Source: Lama glama
Taxonomy: Eukaryota
Length of the DNA: 64,000 nucleotides
Direction of reading: 5' to 3'
Assembly: GCA_028534125.1 (NCBI GenBank)
Contig: CM052833.1
Coordinates: forward strand, 19,034,001-19,098,000
In this document: positions 22,780-35,839 of the stretch, piece after piece
Layout: every line of letters begins with the position of its first letter
Numbering within the stretch: position 1 is the first letter of the stretch
Made by a program: the position numbers and the translations under genes
The notes under the pieces: generated by a model
The model's input: the letters and a program-made list of their open reading frames with translations, nothing else
Database searches by the model: none
Told to the model about the DNA's origin: nothing

Positions 22780-24300
22780 CAGCGGGCAGGCCGCAGCTCA
22801 CGAGCTCAAACTCCCCGAGGCGACCGGGACTGGTGGTGGGCGGGGCCCGCGGCCGGGGTCGCTGGAGGCCGCCCCACGGCTGCAGCGGCCCGGCGGGCCG
22901 AGCCCACGCGGGAGCCAAGGCTGCCCCGCAGGGCCTGCGCGGGGTCGGGGGCCGCTCCCCGCTCGCGCCCACACCCCCGAGACCGGTGCTGTGCTCCGCG
23001 GGGATTCCGGGCCCAGCCCCTCTCCCACCGGGCGAGCCCCGCCGCTTCCTGCGCTTCCTACCCTCGGTACCCCGCGCGCTCGGGGCGGCGGGGCCCGGGC
23101 GCGGCTCGAGGAGGGGGGCGGGGCCCGGGGCCGCGCGGGGCGGGGCCCGCCGCCGGCCGGGCGGGGGGAGACGCGCGCCGCGGAAAGGAGCGGGGCTCGA
23201 CGGCGCGGGGCGGGGTTCGCGGAGGAGGGCGGGACCAGGCTCTGGGAGGGGCGGGGCCGGGCTGCCTGGGCCCCGCCCACTGCCCGCCCGCTCGCTGCCA
23301 CCGCCGGGCCGCACAACTGCCGGCGGGCGCGGTCCAGGCGCGGAGCCACGGGAGGCGCGGGGCGAGAGCGGAGCCTGGCGTTGGATGTGGGAGCGCTGGC
23401 GCGCCCGGAGGCGGCGATGAAGCCGAGCGGCGAGGACCGGGAGGCGCAGGCCGGGGACCCTTGGGAGGAGTGCTTCGAGGCGGCCGTGCAGCTGGCGCTG
23501 CGGGCGGGACAGGTGAGCGCGGCCCGGGGCGCACGGCGCCCGCACTCGGACTGGGGGCAGAGCGGGCGCAGGGCGTGGGCAGAGGGAGACCCCGCGGCCG
23601 AACTCCGAGGGCTTGCGTGCGGCCTCCCGCACACCTGCACACCTACGCCCCCGCACCTGGACGGGCGCCCTGGGTCCCTCGGGCTGGAGGCGTGGGCGGG
23701 CTCAGGACGCAGGGCGGTCTGGCGGGAGCGGGCGCGTCAGGGCGCGGGGGTTGCCTTGGAGTTGATCCAGTGGGCAGGACTGCCGCGGGTTCGAACTCCG
23801 CCGCGTGCACTCGGGGCTATGGCCGGTGTTTCCGCGTCCCGAGTGTAGTGGGTTCCACTCCGCGTTAGAGGAACTGCTCCCTCACCGGAAGGATGAAGGT
23901 CCGGCCGCCGAGCTGACGAAAGCGGCGGAGGGCAGCCCGTCTCTTCTCTCTTTCGTGTGTTTTGCTCCCCCGTTTCCTCGGTGCCTGACACCTGGGGCTC
24001 CGCAGGCCACGTGCGGCGGCGAGTGGGGGCGCCGCCCTCCCGGGGCGGCCTGGGCGCGGGGGAGGCGGGCGGAGGGGCGGCCGGCTCCCGCCTGGCGGGA
24101 AGGCGCAGGGCTGCGCCCTGGCGACCCGGAGCCGGGGGGCGGACAGGAGGGGGAGCGCTGCCCGCAGGCGGGCTTCCTGCCCCCCGAACAGCAGCTCCTT
24201 TTCAGTCAGAAAGCGCTCCGCAGGTTAACACCAGGCTGTCACCAGTCCTGCATTAGAAGTGAGTCCCCACGGGCACGGGGAGTCGGCGGTACCTCGCTGT
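22780..24300 (+). promoter_or_regulatory. IMPA2: CpG island / TATA-less promoter of IMPA2
   Basis: Very dense CpG and GC boxes (GGGGCGGGG) surrounding coding exon 1. Confidence 0.85.
23417..23512 (+). CDS. IMPA2: Inositol monophosphatase 2, coding exon 1 (96 nt)
   Basis: gcggcgATG start; encodes MKPSGEDREAQAGDPWEECFEAAVQLALRAGQ, matching the IMPA2 N-terminus; donor CAG|gtgagc. Confidence 0.96.
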
Positions 24301-25473
24301 GAACCCTCGAAGCCCCTAAAAAGTTAGCCTTCAACACGAGCGGACACCGTCTGTGTTGGCCACCCGCCCGCTGCGGTTTGAAAGACCCAAGACTCAGCCT
24401 GTGAGGAACGCATGACTTAAAAGGGGGCGAGGGGGCGCTGAGAGATTCGATCCCTGGGGAGGAGGAGGACCCCAAGCTTGCCCGCTCCACTGACGGAGCC
24501 TGCAGCTGCAGGGCAGACGGCCTTCCTGGAAAGCGGGTCCACCGTGCAGCGCGCGCACTTGCCGACTCCCCTCCCCAGAGTGAGCGTCCTCGGGGCATTT
24601 GGTAACTTTTAGGTTCCACCGTAAAACTTTTTAAGAGAAGCCTATTTGGGATTCAGACACTACTATGTAAACCCTGGTGAGTTGTTACGGTTCTCTGTGG
24701 CTTTTCAAATTTAGATCCTTGAGGAAACAGAAGAGTTTTTGAAACTTTTAAAAAACATACTTGCAAATGCTTACATAGAATCTGCCTCATAGCAGCCACG
24801 ATTCTAAGGGTCTTAGGAATTGTGACTTATTTAAGGGATCTCTTAGGCTTTTGCAGTTTGCCAGCAACAACAGAAGCAGCTTTTTTTGAGAGCTGGGGAA
24901 GGGTGAAACAAGGATTCTGCCATGAAGGGTCTGGTCAGGGAGCCTAGGACTCCAGGCTCCCTCTTGGGCATTAATGCTGATGCTTCCTGCCTGCTGGGCG
25001 CTGGCAGGGAGGGCGGCCAGAACGGCCTGTGGCTGGGCCGTCCCAGCCTGTGTAAAGAGGGACAGGTTGTCTTAGAGATGGTCTCACAGTGACAGGGTGC
25101 TGACTGGAGGGATCCTGGCCAGATCGCCCCGAGAGGAATGAAGGCGGGTGAGTGGGGAATCCTCCTCTTAGCCAGAGGAGTACAGGGTATACCCTGCGTC
25201 CTGGCGTGCCCACCCGCCCCGTCCTATTTTAGTAAGTTTGCTGCTTTCAGCTGCTCCAGAGACGCCTCTGTGCCTCTGGGAGGCATCTGTCCAGTCCAGT
25301 GCCGACCACCCGGACTGCTGCGGGAGCCGCTCCCTTGTTCCTGGGCTTTGTAGGGGGTGAGGTCAGCCCACTCCATCACCACCACCCATACAAAGAGCAA
25401 TATTCATTGAAATGAGTGTTTACCATCTTTTCTGTGATGTGAAACAAAACCATCTTAGAAAACTATGCTTTTT

Positions 25474-25725
25474 TTTTAAACTTTTTTTATTGAGTTATAG
25501 TCATTTTACGATGTTGTGTCAAATCCCAGTGCAGAGCACAATTTTTCAGTTATACATGAACATACGTATATTCATTGTCACATTTTTTTTCACCATGAGC
25601 TACCACAAGATCTTGTATATATTTCCCTGTGCTATACAGTATAATCTTGTTTATCTATTCTACATATGCCTGTCAGTATCTACAAATTTTGAACTCCCAG
25701 TCTATCCCTTCCCACCCCTACCCCC
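25474..25725 (-). mobile_element. 5'-truncated young L1 3' end with 17-bp target-site duplication
   Basis: Poly-T then L1 3'UTR-like 'tttttattgagttatagtcattttacgatgttgtgtcaaat...'; agaaaactatgcttttt at 25457-25473 and 25726-25742. Confidence 0.85.
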
Positions 25726-25754
25726 AGAAAACTATGCTTTTTAAATTAACCTGC

Positions 25755-26620
25755 AGGGGTAGGTCCAGGTTTTGTTGAGCCTGAGGTTTAGAAAATGTAG
25801 GGACCGTCTTTAAGAAAAAAACCCCACAAAATTACAAATTCAACACTAGATATAAAAATTGTTTATTTAGAATAAGATCACAACAGTATACATTTTTAGG
25901 TGCTAACAAATAGAGCAAAATACATAAAATAATTTTTAAGCACTTCTCAATCTTCTCTAATAATTTTTTCCACATTTTTGGCTTTCTCTCTTTGTGTCTT
26001 TGGGTGACAATGATTTTGTAGTGTTTTCTATAGAGAGACTGGAAAGAGAAATTCAGGCTTTCCTGTAGGATGGCTGATGGCTTACTGATAGTTTAGGGAA
26101 GTTCAGTTAGGCTTCACACTTGTGATTGGTAGGGTCGTGTTGTACATTTTTAGGATTGCCATCAAATGTGAGAATCCTGTCGGGGTTTTTCACGTATCAG
26201 TCGTGAGGTGGGAAAGATTTGTCCAGGTTAGCTTCTGGCCCTGGGCAGTTGAAACCTGTTTCTTTCCATCATCCCACGTGCCAGCTGCCCCTGCACACGC
26301 CCGCTTGCTCCTCTGGTCCTGCATTCGTGTCACCGTGCCGAGTCTGCCTGCATGCACGGTACTGGCGTTTCTGGAAGCCATTCGTACGGAGGATGGCTGA
26401 CAGTGACGTACAAACATGACTGCACACCCCACGAGTCTGTCCCGCAAAACCCAACGGAAATTCACCTCCGCTTTGCTTCCTTTTAGCCCCAAATCCCCCT
26501 GCCACTCCAGTGCCCCCTGACGCAGAATATGGTGGAGGGGAGGTCACAGTGGAACTTGACAGCAGCCCTGTCTGCAGTCAAAAGAGCCGACTTTTGTGAC
26601 CTTACAAAAGCTGCTCCAGT
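25755..26620. mobile_element. Old hAT-type DNA transposon remnant (MER53-like terminus)
   Basis: Starts 'aggggtaggtccaggttttgttgagcctgaggttta...ctttaagaaaaaa...caaaattacaaat'. Extent approximate. Confidence 0.45.
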
Positions 26621-27609
26621 GTGACCGAGGGAACTGTGCTAGGTTTCCCAGCAGAAGCTCGCTGGAGGGAAGGGCCAGGAGGTGGCTGGGTATGAACTCG
26701 TCGCTTTACTAGTGACACGGCCCAGGACTCCCCCGCTCTCATCCTCCAGGCTCCTGGCCCCGGGGTTGGCCTGCACACCCTTGTGGGTTATGCTTCCCAA
26801 AGCCTGTCTGTTGTCTCCACAGCCCCGCGTGGCCAACCCTCTGGCAGCCGAACTGAACTCCTTGGCGTTCTCCAGGCACGCCCAGCCTGTTCCCACCTGT
26901 CTTCTGGCCCACACCCCCGAAAACCAAATTCTCTCCTAGGCCCAGCTCCCAAGCCCCTTCCTTCACAGAAGGACTTCCCATGTGACCTTTCTGTCCCTCC
27001 TGTGCCTCTTCCCAGCTGTGTTTGCCCCTGGACTGGTCAGTGTGCTTGCCCCATGATGGGGGGATGCCCCCTGCCTGCCTCCGGCCGCCCAGAGCAGAGG
27101 GGACACGGCGGGGCTCTGACCCAGCAGCCCCATTGCCCACAGGTGCTGTTTTGATTTGTGATTCTCTTGTTTATCTGTTGCTCACACGGGGACGGTCACC
27201 AGTGAAATACCGCTTGAGGGAGTGTCGTGGACCCAGCAGCGCCCTGTCCCCGTCATCCTCACCCTTATCCTCAGGGGCTGTTGTTCTCAGGGTTCTGATG
27301 GTCACACCTGTGTTCCAAACAACAGCCCTCCCCTGGGTCGTCCGCGTTGGATGCCCTGTTGTCCACGCTCGTGTCCTGTGACCACGTGTGGTGCATGTCT
27401 GGCTGGGGAGCACGGCTGTATTGTGTGTTCTCTTTCTTGTACAACCTGTGTTTTCCTGAAAGTTTTAAAAAGAAGTATTTTCATTTGCTTAGTTTTCTGC
27501 GTACCGACCAATAGCCCTCTCCCGACTTCCTGACGGAATTTGTGAAGGTCTCCGTGGTGTGGACCCTCGTGGGGCTCCCGGCCGGGGAGACGGGGTCCTC
27601 ACACCTTCC

Positions 27610-27735
27610 CGAGCATCAGATGCCCCTGGAGGGCTTTCGCAGCAGGCCGAGTTCAGACTCCTTAGGTCTGGAGGGGACAGCAGTGAGCACTTGGACCAGG
27701 TGCCCAGGTGATGCTGCCGGTCTAGGGGCAGCACG
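27610..27735. mobile_element. MER5A-like DNA transposon fragment
   Basis: 'gcatcagatgcccctggagggctt...taggtctgg...tgcccaggtgatgctgccggtctaggg'. Confidence 0.55.
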
Positions 27736-30528
27736 TCCGTCAAGAGCCACTGCTGGGTAGCAGTTTGTCAAGTGACAGTGGGACAGCTCATTCGTTTGGC
27801 TCCGGAGGAAACTGCGGATAGTGTCCAGTTTGGAGTTACTGAGAGTGTGGCTCATGCTCATGTCTTTCGCGGACCTACGGATGGGTCTCTGCTGGGGAGA
27901 GGTTAGCCGCAGGAGTGAAACTGCCGTGTCACCAGGTGTGACGTTCTGCCAGCTGGTTTTCCAAGGCGGCCGCACGGATTCACACTCCTCGGGCAGCAGG
28001 CGCGGCTCCTGTGGCCTCACACCTGGGACCAGACTTGATACTGTCTGTCTGCCCGTTTCAGCACTTCTCCCAGGGGGTGGGGGGTGGTGCTTCACGGTGG
28101 CTTACGTTTGCATGTCTGAGACGACGTAAGTGCCTTTTTGTGTGTTTACTGGCCCTCCTGGAGCTCCTCCGTTTGGTGGCACTAAAACCGATTAGAAGTG
28201 CATTCATTCACTCAACAAATGTTGAGTAATTCTGGAAAGGACTTTAACCTTTGCTCTGAGCGTGACTGAGGTTGGGGCAGGGTCCTTTGCGGTCGGGAGA
28301 CCACCCCGGCCACAGTGGGGGCCGGGGACCCTTCTAAGTGAGGCATGAGGGTGGATCTGACTGCAGGGAATGACGAAGGCGGTAAAGCAGACGCACCTCA
28401 AGGGCGGAGCTGCCAGGTTTGCTGCTGTTTTGGGGGCCTGGGGCGAGAGAGGAGCTCACAGTGCCTGCGAGGTTCAGGCCTGAAAAACTGGTTGAAAGGA
28501 TTTACTGCACTGGCAGGGGGAACAGGTTTGGAGGTAGAAGCTGAGCCTTGTGTTCTGGGCTGTGGACCTTGAATTGCCTGTGGATCTCTGAGTGGAGGCA
28601 TTTGGCTGCAGCGTTCATGGGAGAGGCTGAGGGTGGAGACAGTGCTGTGGGAGCTGTCGGCCTGGGCTGGGGCCTGAGGTCGGGACCTGGGACAGGGAGC
28701 GGGCAGGCTTGTCTGCCCTGGGCTGTGCCGTGGGTGACTCTCAGTTCAAGCTCCCGGCCTCTCCTCTGGAAGATCCCCACCACTCAGGACGTGGAGGTCT
28801 TTGGTCACTCGCTCGGTTCTTCAGAAAATATCCCCCTGCCGTCCCACCTGGGGAGGCTGATGCGTGGTGATCAGTCCGAGCCTCGCCAGCGCCCCCCCAC
28901 CCCCACCCCAAGCTTCTGCAGGGAGGGGTCATCTGCATCCACAGTTGTAACACTGTCACCAACATTTGAAGCCTCAGCCAAAACAGAACTTGGGAGACAA
29001 GGGCAGGCGCAGGGCAGACCCGCTGGCACGTGTGAGCCGAGGGTCCTGGGCCCGCCGTCCCTGATGGGTGAGCAAGGCCAGCTGCCCTTTCCTCATTCGT
29101 CGTGGTCAGGACAGCGGCACGTGTCTTGCACCCCGTCTGCTGATGAAGCTGCTGGATGAAAATGAAAAGGGGCCCTTTTTTCAGAGGCACCTGCATGCAC
29201 AGTGGGTCCTCCAGCCCTGCTGTCTGGCCTTGCGGGGGTGAGTCAGTGAGAGGCGGGGGCCTCACTGGAGGGTAGGAGGAAGGCTGATGGCACCTGCCGC
29301 ATGAGGGCGAATAGGGCCTGAGATGCTCACTGCTGACCCGCGTGAGGCACACACTCCACACACAGTGGAGTTACTGCCTCTGGGGACAGGGCGGGGGTGG
29401 GGAGGGGATGGATGGAGTCGTACCCTTGGCCCGAGTTGGGAACGGGGCTTGTGAGCTCCAGGCCCTCCCTCCCCCGAGCCCTCAGGTGGGGAGCTCCGGC
29501 CCCGGAACCCGAGGTTTGGAGAGAACAGGGGACTTTCGAGTCCAAGCCTCAGTGGGAGAAGGCAGGGACACGAGGGGGCCTCGGGGCAGAGCAGGCCACA
29601 GGTGGGTCGTGCTTGAGGCTGACAAGGTGCATCTCGAGAGTGACTGTGTGTTGGGTGCACGTGTGGTACTTGTTAAGTTGGAGGAGACCTGGGGGTGAAG
29701 ACGTGGCTTTAGGGAGAACTCTGGGCCGGATGGGGATTCGGAAGTCCTCCGTCACCATCACCGCAGCTCCGTTTCGTGCTGGGAGATTTGCAGCCTGCGC
29801 TGGGCCTCTTCGGCCGCGCTTCACGGCTGTGGCCTGGGGCGGCTTTGCTGAGCTCTGTGTGCCTAGTCCCCTGGCCGTTACCCAGGATTAATGGTGATGT
29901 CTCAGAGTTGTCGTGGGGTTAAGTGAGCTGCCCTGTGAGCAGTGCTGGGACAGCGCGAGGCCTCGGCGCGTGGCCCCACCCAGGCAGGGGCAGCAGGCGG
30001 GGATCCAGGCCCCTTTGGGCGGGCTGGCTGACAGAAGCACCGGGGAGGGCGGTGGTCTCAGATGACACAGAGAAGGCAGCTGAGATGGGGGTGCAGCGTC
30101 ACCCCTGGACTTGGCCCGGGAGGAGGCCGGGCAGTTCAGAGTCATTCTGGGGGCGCAGGGAAGGCGGTGTGGGGTTAGGAAGCAGAGAAGGCAAGTTTGA
30201 GGAGACAGCCGGGAAGCTGAGAGGGGTGTTGTCACCCTGGTCGGTCTGAGACCCGCTGGTGCCGGAACCCGGGGAGCCTGGCACCCTGGGCCCACCCCTG
30301 CCCGCAGCGCTCCCCGTCTCTCCTGGGCCTGAGGCTCTGTGGTCACTTGTGATGTATTAGCAGGTGGGAACTGTGGAGCGCTGTGCACAGGCAGCACGCG
30401 GTTCCCTGGGAGTCTGGCTCATTAGAAGGCCTCATCCAGTGTCACATATGTGAGCTGGTGAAAATGTGACAGCCGTGGGTGCAGATGGCCCCCACCCTGC
30501 GGAGTCTGGGAGTGCAGGTGGCGGGGGC

Positions 30529-31028
30529 NNNNNNNNNNNNNNNNNNNNNNNNNNNNNNNNNNNNNNNNNNNNNNNNNNNNNNNNNNNNNNNNNNNNNNNN
30601 NNNNNNNNNNNNNNNNNNNNNNNNNNNNNNNNNNNNNNNNNNNNNNNNNNNNNNNNNNNNNNNNNNNNNNNNNNNNNNNNNNNNNNNNNNNNNNNNNNNN
30701 NNNNNNNNNNNNNNNNNNNNNNNNNNNNNNNNNNNNNNNNNNNNNNNNNNNNNNNNNNNNNNNNNNNNNNNNNNNNNNNNNNNNNNNNNNNNNNNNNNNN
30801 NNNNNNNNNNNNNNNNNNNNNNNNNNNNNNNNNNNNNNNNNNNNNNNNNNNNNNNNNNNNNNNNNNNNNNNNNNNNNNNNNNNNNNNNNNNNNNNNNNNN
30901 NNNNNNNNNNNNNNNNNNNNNNNNNNNNNNNNNNNNNNNNNNNNNNNNNNNNNNNNNNNNNNNNNNNNNNNNNNNNNNNNNNNNNNNNNNNNNNNNNNNN
31001 NNNNNNNNNNNNNNNNNNNNNNNNNNNN
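30529..31028. other. Assembly gap (500 N) inside IMPA2, likely holding coding exon 2
   Basis: Run of exactly 500 N; exon 2 not found elsewhere between exons 1 and 3. Confidence 0.9.
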
Positions 31029-33687
31029 GGGGTGCTCGCCCCAGGAGCCGCCTTCCTGCACGGAGAGAATCAGATTCAGGGAATGTAACTCCACGCCCTT
31101 CCCCACAGACCGGGGAGGCATTTCGTGCCTCAGAAGGTGGTGCACGTCCCAAGTCCTGCCCCAGGCCCCCCGTGGTCGTGACGCGTGCTGCCTGGTAAAG
31201 AGTGGGGGACCTAGGCATGAGACGCCAGGCCTTGGTACGGTTACCTTGAGTGATTCTCACCAGAGACGCCCAACAGTACGAGAGCCGTGTGGACAGGAGC
31301 ATCGTGGGAGCTGCTGGGGGAGCCCAGAGACCGCGGCCCACATGTTTGCTGACGGACTGACAGACTGCACGGCCCTGCAAGTCATGAGGGACCCGCGGCC
31401 GCAGGCTGTGCTCTGGCACACCCGAGATGTCAGCCCCCCTCCTTCCCCCGGGCCAGCGACTTCCTCCAGCCAGCCTCCCGCTGAAAATCAGTCTGAAAAG
31501 GAAGAGTCCACGGCCCTCCCCAGTGTCCTGGGGCCAGTTTCACTGTGGGTCATGCCCACCCTTGAGCTCAGTGATGTCTTCTCGCTGCCTCCTGGACCTT
31601 GCGCCAGTTCACGCTCTGGCACCTGGTTCTTTCATGTGTCTGTTTTTCGAATGTGGTCCGCTTGCTTTAAAAACATGATCTCAAGCTGCTGCAGCGGAGG
31701 AGAATCACACAGCCGTAGAAGACACTGAAGACAGATTTAATTCCTTGTCTTTGGCTCAGAAAACCGGCAAAGCTAATGCCTCGCCTCTGCCGGGTGAGGT
31801 CCGGCCTCAGGGGTCCGACAGCCCCACTGCCCGGCCAGGTTGCCCCCTCTGACACTGTCACCACGACATTCTTTATCTAGCCGCGCCAGCCAGGGTCACC
31901 TGATCCAAACGATCCGAAACCCCTCAGAGGGGAGTGGTGACAGGGGGCGGTTCCCCACAGGCGGAGGGACGGGGCCCGGAGCCAGGAGCGGTCCCACTGC
32001 GTCTGGTCCGCCCTCTGCACCCTGATGGTGCCCCAGGCTTTCTCTGCCCCGAGTTCCCCAAACACAGGGCTTTGCCTGCTCACATGTGGGTCTCTCCAGG
32101 GGACAGCGGTGAGCAGGGTGGAAGCAGCAGCCAGAAAACGATACTGTCCCCTCATCATGTGCACAGACATGTTTCAGATCACTTATGTCTGGACGCCTCT
32201 GCGCACAGAGAGCATGAATTCCACAACCTGTGAGACAAATGATGGCCCACAGATGGGGGCCCTGCTGAGTGATGGCGCTGGTGACAGCAGTGCGTCGATC
32301 TGCCGTGACCGGAACACGGGGCACTGCTCTGACCCCACAGCGAGTCTGCCCAGGACACGCCAGCCGGAATGCATCCCACAGAGACGGGAGTGCCCGCTCT
32401 GCACGTCCGCCCTGATAGCCTCTGGCCTGAGGGACTAGTGAGACTAAGGCGCTGACTCCTGCGTTCTCCGTGCCAGTGGGACCATTACAACGATGTCCAC
32501 TTCACTGAAGCCAAGTCTCGGGGCACATGGTGCCTCTGGGAAGTGCTTCCGGGCCGGCCGGCCCAGCGCCCCGCCCTCTTCGGGGCTGACCTCGCCTGGC
32601 CGCGTGCTGCACGCCAGCGGGGGGACACGCAGTGTTTCTTGCTTTCCGCTTGTTTTTCCTCGTTGGCAGAACTGTGTCGTCTTCAAGGGCACTTGAAGAC
32701 AGTTCAGACCCGGACGTGGTGCGAGGACCCCGCGGGGCGCCTTTTGCAGTGCCGCGTGAACCTGACCTGCTGGGGACAGTTGGGAACCTGGGTCGGGCGC
32801 CGGCCTGGGGGCTTCGGAAGATGGCTCCAGGAGGCAGGGGCTCAGACACTGCCCGGGGGACCCTCCCTGAGCTGCTCTGAGCCAACTTGGAGGGGGCACA
32901 AGAGGGAGACATGAGGGCTCCATCTACGTTTTCCACCGAATGGCCGGTTCCCGGCGGTGCCTTCACTGAGACAGACCAACCGGGAGCCTTGGGGACGTTG
33001 TCTCGTTCAGGAGGCTGACGGGAGTAGGAGGCCGCTCGGAGGGGACGCTTCCAGGAGGCTTGAGTACAGAGGACAGGCAGGGACGTGGGTCTGTGGTGCG
33101 TGGCCCAAGTGTTCCTGCAGGAGGGGGTTCAGGGTGTGAGGGGAGTGGGGAGGGGGCTCCACGGAGACGTGTCAGCTCCATCGCCATGTGGTGGACGGGG
33201 GCCTTGTCACCGTCTGTGCTTCAGGGAGGCCAGGCTGGGTGCAGACTGGGGCCGGGGGTGTTGTCAGCTGTAGGTGACACTTCACGCCTGCCCCAGCCAC
33301 TGCACTGCCATGGAGGGTGCCAGGCCAGGCCCCTGCCACGTCCTCAGGCCCTTCACCGTCTCTGTCCTGCAGACCAAAGTCACGGCAGAGTCCAGTTTCA
33401 CTCTTTCAGCTCTTCCTGGTGTCCATCCTTGGACCCCCAGGCCTGCTGCACCCTGGTGCATCCCGGCAGCCTCCATCGAGGTGTCACATAGTGTTTTGGG
33501 GCCCTGCCAAGGGGTAGAATATCAGACAGAGCGAAATGCAGACGGTCCCTCCCAGACTCTGCCCTGTTTGGCCCGGAGGAACCCAGGTGAAATCTCACCG
33601 TGTCTGTATGGTCCCTGGCAGTCCTGGGGTTTGGAGAGCTTTGTCCTGGATCTGGCGTCTTCTCAGGCCGAGCTCTGCACACCACAG

Positions 33688-33792
33688 GTTCATCGCAGAA
33701 GAGGCTGTGGCCGCCGGGGCCAAGTGCGTGCTCACCCCCAACCCCACCTGGATTGTGGACCCCATTGACGGCACCTGCAACTTCGTGCACAG
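33688..33792 (+). CDS. IMPA2: IMPA2 coding exon 3 (105 nt)
   Basis: cacag|G...CACAG|gtgagt; encodes [34 protein letters not shown] with the metal-binding EE and DPIDGT IMPase motifs. Confidence 0.97.
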
Positions 33793-35793
33793 GTGAGTGT
33801 GCCCCCTGCCCTTGCACTCCCCCCAGCCCTGACCTGTCCTCTCCTCCCAGACTTTGCCTTTTCCAAAGCGGCGTTTTTGGAGGCAGGAGTGTATAAGCAA
33901 ACCTCTGGTGGGTTTGCAGTCTCATTTCAAAGGGGATAAAGTCTTGATACTTTTCCAACAAGCCGTCTTCCATTTGTGAGATACCTTCAGGGCACGTAGG
34001 AAATTGTCACTTGCTTAAAAACTGTTCTGTGTGTCGCATTTAAATGTTGGGTGGATTTGAGAAGGACCCTTAAGGAGGCCCCCTGGAGAGACGGGCAGGG
34101 TTGTAAATAACAGCAGGTGTCTGGTCCAGCCGCTGGGGAACATGAGGTGTGGATGGCAGCCTTGGGGAATGAGGAGCCAGCCAGGACTGGGCAAATAATT
34201 GGACTGGGCAAATAGCCCAAAGCAGCAAGTTTCAGGGAGGTCAGAAGCCCCAGGGGAGGGGAGTGAGCCCCGGGAGGTGATACACATGTCCTGCCCCAGA
34301 AGCACTGATGGGGGGCTGGGCTGTACCCTTGGTCCAAGGACCCAAGGGCACCAAGGGCCATGTGGTTTCCGTGGAGGGTGGTTCTCTGCCATCACACGTG
34401 TGGAGAGCTGGTTGACACAGGCTCCCAGCCGGTCCCGCGTCCCCATGCAGCGGGTGAGGTGGCCCTGGACCTGCGTTCCTCACCAGCTGGACCTCACAGG
34501 GAGGGCCCACTCTGTAGATGACCCGAGACGCCCGCTTCCTCACTCACAGTCCCACGTGTGGGGTCTCCTCCTGGTGCCAACCCCTCTGTTTAATCTCAGG
34601 TGGAATATTTATGGGTAAGTGTGTAAAGTGATTCCACGTGGCCCTTTTCTTATCCTGGGTCATCTTGGGAATTCAGTCATGCCCACACGGGTGGCCCTCT
34701 GGAGAGTGGAACAGAGCCATCTGGTGACACTTGCAAGTGTCACCAGACTCTAGAGCATGACACCCCCCCCCAGAGCCTGTGTGGAACCGCAGGACTCCCC
34801 TCCTGGGTGCGTGTCACTGAGCGGGGCCCGTGTGCAGGCGGTGGGGACAGGGCAGTACAAGCCCCACCGTGGACAGAGACCACACGTCCACCCCGGGGCC
34901 AGAGGGAGCCTGCAGAAGACCAGCCCCGGGGCTGGCCAGCACGTTCAGGATGCTGTCGAGGGCCTCAAGGGCCATGGCGACTCTCGCGGCCTACAGGCTC
35001 TTGGAAACCTTTGGCCCCAACGCTCGGACAGGACCTGTTCCCGCTTGTGTCCCACAGCCAGTGGGGTAGGGCCTCCTGAGAGCGGGGCCCACAGCCGAGG
35101 AGGCACACGGCCCGCGGGGACAGTGGCAGGGATGGCAGCCTGGGCGGGAGGGGCAGCAGCCCGGGCGGGCGGGCTGTGCTGCTGGGTTCGGAGTCTCCTG
35201 TGAGCTAGAACCAGCTCTTCCTCGTTCCTGCTTGCCAGGCTCTGCCGGTCTTCACATAAAGGAGAGGCTGCTTTGGAGACGTAAGCCGCAGGTAGACAGT
35301 GAGGCCACCACCCGCCTTCCACGCTGCGGCTCCCCTCCTGTCCTGCGCGGAAGCTCCCCCAGTGGTCAGGCCAGGAGGGACCTTGTTGTCTTGGACCTGG
35401 GCTCTCGGTGGACTTGTGGCCGGTTCCCTACACGCCCTCCTGGGACGTGGGTCTGGCCTAAGCTGGGGGGACGGAGATTTCTGCTGTCCTTCGGTCTCTG
35501 AGAACCACAAGGCTGATTATTAAAATCTCAGCCGGGTCCTCCATGGTCACCGTTGAATCCTGTCTGTCGTGACGGCTGTCAGGACGCGGCCTTGTTTCAA
35601 GGTCAGCTGTGCTCCAGCCCGTCAGCTGGGCCTGCTTGTCTTGGAAACAGTTGGTGAAACAGTGCGAAGCGGTTTTCAGGAAAACAAACCTGGTCACACT
35701 GCGGACAGGTCCCGTGTGCTCCAGCCACACAGAGGTGATGACCACACTCCCGGGCGTTTGCAGCTCACAGCGTCCCGTCTGTGTTCTCTGCAG

Positions 35794-35839
35794 GTTCCCG
35801 ACCGTGGCCGTGAGCATCGGGTTTGCTGTGGACCAGGAG
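35794..35839 (+). CDS. IMPA2: IMPA2 coding exon 4 (46 nt)
   Basis: ttctctgcag|G...GAG|gtacgt; encodes FPTVAVSIGFAVDQE. Confidence 0.95.

Noticed and set aside
22436-23848. Long overlapping ORFs (406, 285, 280 and 238 aa) around IMPA2 exon 1
   Set aside because: Arg/Gly/Pro/Ala-rich products of a stop-poor CpG island; only the 32 codons of exon 1 are recognisable.
30432-31728. ORFs of 237-420 aa spanning the N run
   Set aside because: Their length comes from translating Ns as X.
31700-31745. 'gaagacagatttaatt' as part of IMPA2 exon 2
   Set aside because: Short chance similarity with no matching reading frame or splice sites.
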